Of a DNA stretch of 64,000 nt, positions 58,968-64,000 are shown in pieces. Under the pieces are notes generated by a model. That model saw only the letters and a program-made list of their open reading frames with translations. It did no database searches and had not been told where the DNA came from. Positions within the stretch are counted from its first letter, which is position 1; the number at the start of each line of letters is the position of its first letter. Made by a program: the position numbers and the translations under genes. Source of the DNA: Planctomycetota bacterium (GTDB lineage: Bacteria > Planctomycetota > MHYJ01 > JACPRB01); the NCBI GenBank assembly GCA_035644495.1, contig DASQOM010000120.1, forward strand, positions 966 through 64,965, in the 5' to 3' direction.

Positions 58968-59681
58968 TCAATGAGACTTGGGCGGCGCCTTGGTCACTTC
59001 GACGATGCGGCCGTCGTCCATCGTCGCGATGCGGTCGGCGAACTCGAAAATGCGCGAGTCGTGGGTCACGATGATCAGGGACCGCCCCTCGCCCATGGCC
59101 ACGTCCCGGAACAGTTCCATGACCTTGTGGCCGGTCTCGTGGTCGAGCGCGCTGGTGGGCTCGTCGCAGACGATGAGGCGGGGCTGGTGGACGAGGGATC
59201 GCGCGATCGCGACGCGCTGCTGCTGGCCTCCGGAGAGCTGCGACGGCAGGGAATGGCCGCGGCCCTTGAGGCCGACCCGCTCCAGCATGTCCGAGGCGCG
59301 CTCGACGGCTTCGCGGCGGGCGACGCCCTTGATGAGGAGCGGGATCGCGGCGTTCTCCGCGGCGGTGAGCGTGGGGAGCAGGTTGAAGGCCTGGAAGACG
59401 AAGCCGATATGGTCGCCGCGGTAGCGGACGCGGTCGCGGTCGCGCATCGCCTTCATGTCCTGGCCGAAGACGTGGCAGGAGCCGGCGTCCTGGTCGAGGA
59501 TCCCGGCGACGATGGAGATGAGGGTGGTTTTTCCGCAGCCCGAGGGCCCGACGAGCATGAGCAGCTCGTCGGAGGAGACCTCCAGGTCGACGCCCCGGAG
59601 GGCCGTGACTTTCGAGTCGCCGCTGCCGTAGGTCTTCGTGATCCCGGACAGCTCGACGGCGAGTTCCTGTGCAACTTCCAT
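58968..59681 (-). CDS. ABC exporter ATP-binding protein (MacB/DevA-like)
   Basis: Walker [25 protein letters not shown] and LIVCDEPTSALD. Confidence 0.9.
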   Translation of the reverse strand: MEVAQELAVELSGITKTYGSGDSKVTALRGVDLEVSSDELLMLVGPSGCGKTTLISIVAGILDQDAGSCHVFGQDMKAMRDRDRVRYRGDHIGFVFQAFNLLPTLTAAENAAIPLLIKGVARREAVERASDMLERVGLKGRGHSLPSQLSGGQQQRVAIARSLVHQPRLIVCDEPTSALDHETGHKVMELFRDVAMGEGRSLIIVTHDSRIFEFADRIATMDDGRIVEVTKAPPKSH

Positions 59682-59684
59682 GCG

Positions 59685-60842
59685 TCACCCCTTGAAGACG
59701 ATCGCGGGTTCGAGTCGGATGACCTTGATCAGGCTGAGCAGGGCGGCGAAGGTGCAGATCACGGCGATGGCCCCGCCCGTGCCGCAGAGGATCTGCCAGG
59801 GGAGCCGGAACGCCAATTCGGTGTTCGTGCCGACCGCGCGGCCGAACATCGCGGCGAGGCCGGTGCCGAAGCCGTAGCCGATGCCGCCGACCAGGAGGGC
59901 CTGGAGGACGACCATGACGAGCAGGGTCCCGTTCGTCGCGCCCATCGCCTTGAGCGCGGCGAAGTGCTTGAGGTTCTCGAGCGTGAAGTTGTAGAAGGTC
60001 TGGCCCGCGATGGCGGTACCGACGAGGAAGCCGAGGAGCACGGCGATCCCGAAGTTGATCGGGATGCCTGTGTACTTCATGAAATAGCTGATCGTCAGGC
60101 TCTCGAACTCCGGCTTCGTATAGGCGGCCAGCGTCGTGCCCTTCGCGATCCGGGAGGCGAGCTCCTTCGGGGTGATGCCCGGCCTGGCCTTCGCCTGGAT
60201 GAAGGAGAGCAGCTTCCGCTCCATCGGCGCGAACGTCGTCGCGCGGGTATAGGTCGTGTAGACGACGGGCTGCGACTGGAAGGTGCGCGAGACGCGGCAG
60301 ATGCCGACGACGACCGCGCGGTGGTCGTTGAGCTCCACCGTGCTGCCGACCTTGAGCGGGATCGCAATCCCGTCGGGGCCTTTCCTGGCGAGCTTGCCCT
60401 TCGCGCCCGCCTCGTCGATGATGACGCCGTCGGCGCGGCGCAGGTCCGCCAGGGCCCCCTCGATCATCGTCGCGGGTCCGCCGATCAGGGTCGCGTCGTC
60501 GAGCCCGACGACGTTGCAGGCCTGGAAGTTGCCGTTGTCGAGCCGGGCCTTGAGGATGCCCTTGTAGAGGGGGACGGCCCACTCGACGCCTTCGATGCCG
60601 CGGACGCGGAGCAGCTGGGTGTCCTGCAGGGGCTTGATGTCGTCGACGAACTGGACCTTGGGGTCCATGACCCAGACGTCGGCCAGGGCAGAGTCGGTGA
60701 TGAAGCCGTAGGTCCGGGTCATGAGGCCGACGAAGATCGCCATCTGCTGGGTGATGAGGAACGAGGCGAAGGTGAGGCCCATGACGATGCCGAAGTATTT
60801 GCCGCGGTCGCCGGTGAGCATGCGGAGGGCAACGTAGATCAT
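59685..60842 (-). CDS. DevC/FtsX-like ABC exporter permease
   Basis: The start at ATG 60842 is in an ATGA overlap with the tetR stop. MIYVALRMLTGDRGKYFGIVMGLTFASFL is a DevC-type N-terminus. 385 aa. Confidence 0.8.
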   Translation of the reverse strand: MIYVALRMLTGDRGKYFGIVMGLTFASFLITQQMAIFVGLMTRTYGFITDSALADVWVMDPKVQFVDDIKPLQDTQLLRVRGIEGVEWAVPLYKGILKARLDNGNFQACNVVGLDDATLIGGPATMIEGALADLRRADGVIIDEAGAKGKLARKGPDGIAIPLKVGSTVELNDHRAVVVGICRVSRTFQSQPVVYTTYTRATTFAPMERKLLSFIQAKARPGITPKELASRIAKGTTLAAYTKPEFESLTISYFMKYTGIPINFGIAVLLGFLVGTAIAGQTFYNFTLENLKHFAALKAMGATNGTLLVMVVLQALLVGGIGYGFGTGLAAMFGRAVGTNTELAFRLPWQILCGTGGAIAVICTFAALLSLIKVIRLEPAIVFKG

Positions 60843-61495
60843 CGCGGGCCGCCTTTCCTCTTCGGAGTTCCCAGAGCCCGGATGCCGGCGATGGAGAAGG
60901 TGACGATGTGATCCGCGAGCGCGTCGAGATCGCGGAGGTCGGGCAGGGCGCCGTCGAGCCGCTTGATAACGGGCGCACAGTGCTTGTAGAAGAGGCACTG
61001 GCCGACGACGCTCTTGGCGGCGCGCTGGACCTGGACGATGCCGGCGCCGGGCCCGGCGAGGACCTTGATGATCGCGCAAAGGCGGCCGTAGAGGGGGCGG
61101 ATCATCTGCTCGACGATGCGGTCCAGGGCGGCGGTGGGCTCGATCATTTCGCGGGCCATCATCTTGCCGTGCACGGCCTGGTGGCCCTTGTCGAAGACGC
61201 GGAGCAGGAAGGCGCGGACGAAGGCGTGGAGCTGATCTTCCGGGGTCGCGGCGCCGGAAAGTCCGCCGTGGTGCGGATGCTTGAGGAAGGATTCCTTGGC
61301 GTAGTGCTGGAGGACGGCGGTGTAGAGGCCCTCCTTGTCGCCGAAGTAGTAATTGACGGCGGCGAGGTTGGCGCCGGCGCGGGTGACGATGTCGCGGACG
61401 GTGGCGGCGCGGAAGCCGGCCTCGGAGAAGACGGCGCCGCCGGCCTCGAGGAGGCGCTCGCGGGTGTCGATCGCCGGGTCCGCGGTCCGGGTCAT
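60839..61495 (-). CDS. TetR/AcrR-family transcriptional regulator
   Basis: HTH: FRAATVRDIVTRAGANLAAVNYYFGDKEGLY. Confidence 0.85.
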   Translation of the reverse strand: MTRTADPAIDTRERLLEAGGAVFSEAGFRAATVRDIVTRAGANLAAVNYYFGDKEGLYTAVLQHYAKESFLKHPHHGGLSGAATPEDQLHAFVRAFLLRVFDKGHQAVHGKMMAREMIEPTAALDRIVEQMIRPLYGRLCAIIKVLAGPGAGIVQVQRAAKSVVGQCLFYKHCAPVIKRLDGALPDLRDLDALADHIVTFSIAGIRALGTPKRKGGPR

Positions 61496-61507
61496 CGGCC
61501 CTCCGGG

Positions 61508-61523
61508 TGAAACTATGGTTTCA
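61508..61523. promoter_or_regulatory. Candidate TetR operator TGAAAC-TATG-GTTTCA
   Basis: A perfect 6+6 palindrome, 12 nt upstream of the tetR start codon and just downstream of the predicted -10. Confidence 0.5.
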
Positions 61524-61531
61524 AACGTCTG

Positions 61532-61560
61532 TATTAAACAGGCATTTCACAGAAAGGCAA
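61532..61560 (-). promoter_or_regulatory. Putative promoter of the tetR-exporter operon
   Basis: On the minus strand: TTGCCT (61560-61555), a 17-nt spacer, then TTAATA (61537-61532). SD GGAGGG lies upstream of ATG 61495. Confidence 0.45.
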
Positions 61561-61599
61561 GCGGAAAATGGAGGGGTCGGCGGGCGGGTGCGGCCGGGT

Positions 61600-62535
61600 C
61601 TAGGAAAAGAACTGGCCGACCTTGGGCTGGTAGCCGTTCACGAACTCCGCGGCCGTCATCCGCCGCTTGTTCTCGGGCTGCAGCTCGAGGATCGTCACGT
61701 CCCCGTCCGCGCAGGCCACCTTGAACGACTCGTCCACGGAGAGGATCGAGCCCGGCCGGTGGTCGGGCTTCTGCGGGTAGCGCGTCCCCTTCACCTTGTG
61801 GATCACCACCCGCTGCTTGCCGCCGAGGAACGTGAAGGCGCAGGGATAGGGGATCAGCGCGCGCACGAAGTTGTGGATCTTCGCGGCCGGCTTCCGCCAG
61901 TCGATGCGGCCGTCGTTCTTCTCGAACTTCTTGGCATAGGTGGCCTCGCGCTCGTCCTGCGGCACCTCGATCTGCTGCCGCTCCTGGATCTTGGTGATCA
62001 CGTCGACCAGCAGCTCGGCGCCCACCTGCGAGAGCTGGTCCTCGAGCTCGGGGGTCGTCGCCTCCGGCGGCACCGGCACCCGCGTAATCCCCAGGATCGG
62101 GCCCGCGTCCATCTTCTCCACCACCTTGACGATGCAGACGCCCGCGAACGGGTCGCCGTTGAGCAGCGCCCGCGCCACCGGCTCCGGCCCGCGATGCTTC
62201 GGCAGCAGCGAGGGATGGATGTTCAGCACGTAGTAGCGCGGCATCGACAGGATGTCGTTGCCGAGCTTCTGCCCGTACGCGACGACGACGATGACGTCCG
62301 GCGAGAGCGCCCGCAGCTCGCGGATGAACTCGTACTCGTTGCAGTTCTCCGGCTGGAAGAGGTGGATTCCCTTCGCCTCCGCGACCTCCTTGACCGGACT
62401 CTTGTGGATCTCCTGGCCGCGGCCCGCCGGCCGGTCCGGCTGCGTCACGACCGCCATCAGCCGGTGCTCCGACGCCAGCAACTTCTCGACGGCCGGGACC
62501 GCAAAGCCCGACGTCCCGAAGAAGACGATGTTCAT
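61600..62535 (-). CDS. fmt: Methionyl-tRNA formyltransferase
   Basis: ATG 62535 is in an ATGA overlap with the upstream stop. MNIVFFGTSGFAVP, VVTQPDRPAGRG and NIHPSLLPKHRG. Confidence 0.9.
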   Translation of the reverse strand: MNIVFFGTSGFAVPAVEKLLASEHRLMAVVTQPDRPAGRGQEIHKSPVKEVAEAKGIHLFQPENCNEYEFIRELRALSPDVIVVVAYGQKLGNDILSMPRYYVLNIHPSLLPKHRGPEPVARALLNGDPFAGVCIVKVVEKMDAGPILGITRVPVPPEATTPELEDQLSQVGAELLVDVITKIQERQQIEVPQDEREATYAKKFEKNDGRIDWRKPAAKIHNFVRALIPYPCAFTFLGGKQRVVIHKVKGTRYPQKPDHRPGSILSVDESFKVACADGDVTILELQPENKRRMTAAEFVNGYQPKVGQFFS

Positions 62536-63665
62536 ATGACGTTGGTCTCGAGATTGGGGGAGCCTTCCTTGAACCGCGACAGGCGGAGCGGAGTCAGATC
62601 CATCGAGGGACGGCCGGTCGTGAGGAGCTCCGCCACCAGCATCCCCGTCGCCGGCGCGTGCATCACGCCGTGGCCGCTGAATCCGCAGGCGGCCCACCAG
62701 CCCGGCTCGCCCGCGGAACCGATGATCGGATGGTTGTCCGGCGTCACCTCGTAGAGCCCTCCCCAGCCCGTCCGGATCCGCGCATTCTCCAGCGCCGGCA
62801 CCCGACCCATCGCCAGCTCCGCCACCTTCTCCAGGAATCCATAGTCCGCGTTCTCATTGAAACTCGAGGGCTCGTCCTTGTCCGCCTTCCCGATCAGCAG
62901 GCCGCCCGACTCGCTGTGCAGGTACACGCCCGTCGTGTAATCGATCGTCATCGGGATCGGGTGAGGGAACTCCGGCATCGGCTCCGTCACGAAGCACTGG
63001 CGCCGCACCGGTTTCACCGGGAGCTCCAGCCCGAAGACCTGGCCCAGCCGCCCCGAGTACGCCCCCGCCGCGATCACCACGTTCTCCGCCGCATAGGACC
63101 CCGTCCGCGTCCTCACCGTCCGCCCCTCGCGCCCCGTCACTTCCTCCCGGAAGAAGAACGACACCCCGAGCTCCCGCGCCTTCTTCTCGTAGCCCGCCAC
63201 GAAGTCGGCGGGCGACGCATACCCGTCCCGCCCGTGGAAGATGCCGCCCAGCAGGTCGTCGCTCCGCACGTACGGGGCCTTCTTCTCCACCCCCGCCCGG
63301 TCCAGCAGCTCGATCTTCAGCCCCTGGCTCCGCTGCACCGCCGCATTCGCCTCGAACAGGCGCAGCTGCCCCGGAGTCGACGCCATCCACAGGTAGCCCG
63401 CCTGGATGAACGGCGCCGCCACCCCCATCTCCTTCTCGAAGCGCTCGAATCGTTCGATCGACAGGCGCGACAGCTCGACGTTCACCGGGCTCGAGAACTG
63501 CGCCCGGATCCCCCCCGCCGCCTTCGCCGTCGATCCGAGCCCCGCCGCGGATTCCTTCTCCAGGACGGCGACGCTCGCCTTCCCGCCGCGCGCGAGGTGG
63601 TACGCGATCGAGGTCCCAATGATCCCCGCGCCGATGATCACCACGCCGAACCGCTGATCCGCCAT
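62532..63665 (-). CDS. FAD-dependent oxidoreductase (DAO family; sarcosine/glycine-oxidase-like)
   Basis: GVVIIGAGIIGTSIAYHLA dinucleotide-binding motif, and a C-terminal GFSGHG. Confidence 0.8.
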   Translation of the reverse strand: MADQRFGVVIIGAGIIGTSIAYHLARGGKASVAVLEKESAAGLGSTAKAAGGIRAQFSSPVNVELSRLSIERFERFEKEMGVAAPFIQAGYLWMASTPGQLRLFEANAAVQRSQGLKIELLDRAGVEKKAPYVRSDDLLGGIFHGRDGYASPADFVAGYEKKARELGVSFFFREEVTGREGRTVRTRTGSYAAENVVIAAGAYSGRLGQVFGLELPVKPVRRQCFVTEPMPEFPHPIPMTIDYTTGVYLHSESGGLLIGKADKDEPSSFNENADYGFLEKVAELAMGRVPALENARIRTGWGGLYEVTPDNHPIIGSAGEPGWWAACGFSGHGVMHAPATGMLVAELLTTGRPSMDLTPLRLSRFKEGSPNLETNVI

Positions 63666-63735
63666 GAACGTGTGGCTATTCTACGTTGCCCGCCCCCGCT
63701 TTCAACGTTATCATGGCCGCCCGGAGGACCGTCCC

Positions 63736-64000
63736 GTGCCCAAGAAAATCGTCTCCAGCGACCGCGCCCCCAAGGCCATCGGCCCCTACTCCCAGGCCGT
63801 CGATGCCGGCGACCTCGTCTTCTGCTCGGGCCAGATCCCGCTCGACCCCGCCGGCGGGCAGATTGTCGGGCCGGGCGATGTCGTCGCCCAGACCGAACGC
63901 GTCCTCCAGAACCTCGCCGCAGTCCTCCAGGCCGCCGGCCTCACCCTGGGCCACGTCGTCCGCACGACTGTCTATATGACCGACTTGGCCGAGTTCGCGA
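63736..64000 (+). CDS. ridA: RidA/YjgF-family imine deaminase (5' part; runs off the right edge)
   Basis: GGAGGA lies 7 nt upstream of GTG 63736. APKAIGPYSQAV..GDLVFCSGQIPLDP.GG and TTVYMTD. Confidence 0.75.
   Translation, partial: MPKKIVSSDRAPKAIGPYSQAVDAGDLVFCSGQIPLDPAGGQIVGPGDVVAQTERVLQNLAAVLQAAGLTLGHVVRTTVYMTDLAEFA

Noticed and set aside
61529-61541. CTGT-ATTAA-ACAG as an E. coli-type SOS box.
   Set aside because: The spacer is 5 nt rather than 8 nt. The site coincides with the predicted -10 of the tetR promoter.

Overview
This 64-kb window is high-GC bacterial chromosome, roughly two-thirds G+C by eye. It carries about 75 tightly packed genes, and many neighbouring genes overlap by 4 nt (ATGA or GTGA).

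The gene content suggests a PVC/Planctomycetota-like organism. This is inference only, since no search was possible. The supporting genes are:
- futalosine-pathway mqnA/mqnC
- a 12-kb MoxR-DUF58-BatA/vWA-PQQ/TPR operon
- DUF1080 and DUF1579 proteins
- a Cys-type sulfatase
- a Ser/Thr kinase with an FGE-like ectodomain

Housekeeping content includes ribBA-kdsA, truB, rsmI, bioD, topA, trpD, trpF-trpB-trpA, fmt, lexA, ndh, a ClC channel, two or three ABC systems and a TetR-controlled tripartite exporter. I saw no rRNA, tRNA, CRISPR array, transposase or integrase.

The most unusual items are:
1. A translationally coupled minus-strand unit at 21929-25121. It encodes TraH-like, TraF/TrbB-like (CPWC) and DUF1525-like periplasmic proteins, a small Cys-rich protein, a lipoprotein and VapBC. 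No other conjugation machinery is in the window.
2. Two short repeat families. One is the hairpin CCACAAA-N4-CCRGT-N4-TTTGTGG, whose inner stem covaries between copies. The other is the AT-rich motif AACACAAAGACAC, which also marks the 5' end of a decayed GxxExxY gene.
3. A multiply frameshifted secreted glycosidase-like pseudogene, followed by a roughly 370-bp low-GC island.
4. A hairpin-punctuated string of small ORFs upstream of the kinase.
5. lexA embedded in an ABC-transporter operon.
6. Recurrent -10-like hexamers 6-10 nt upstream of start codons, which suggests leaderless mRNAs.

All family names come from motif recognition by eye and need HMM or BLAST confirmation.
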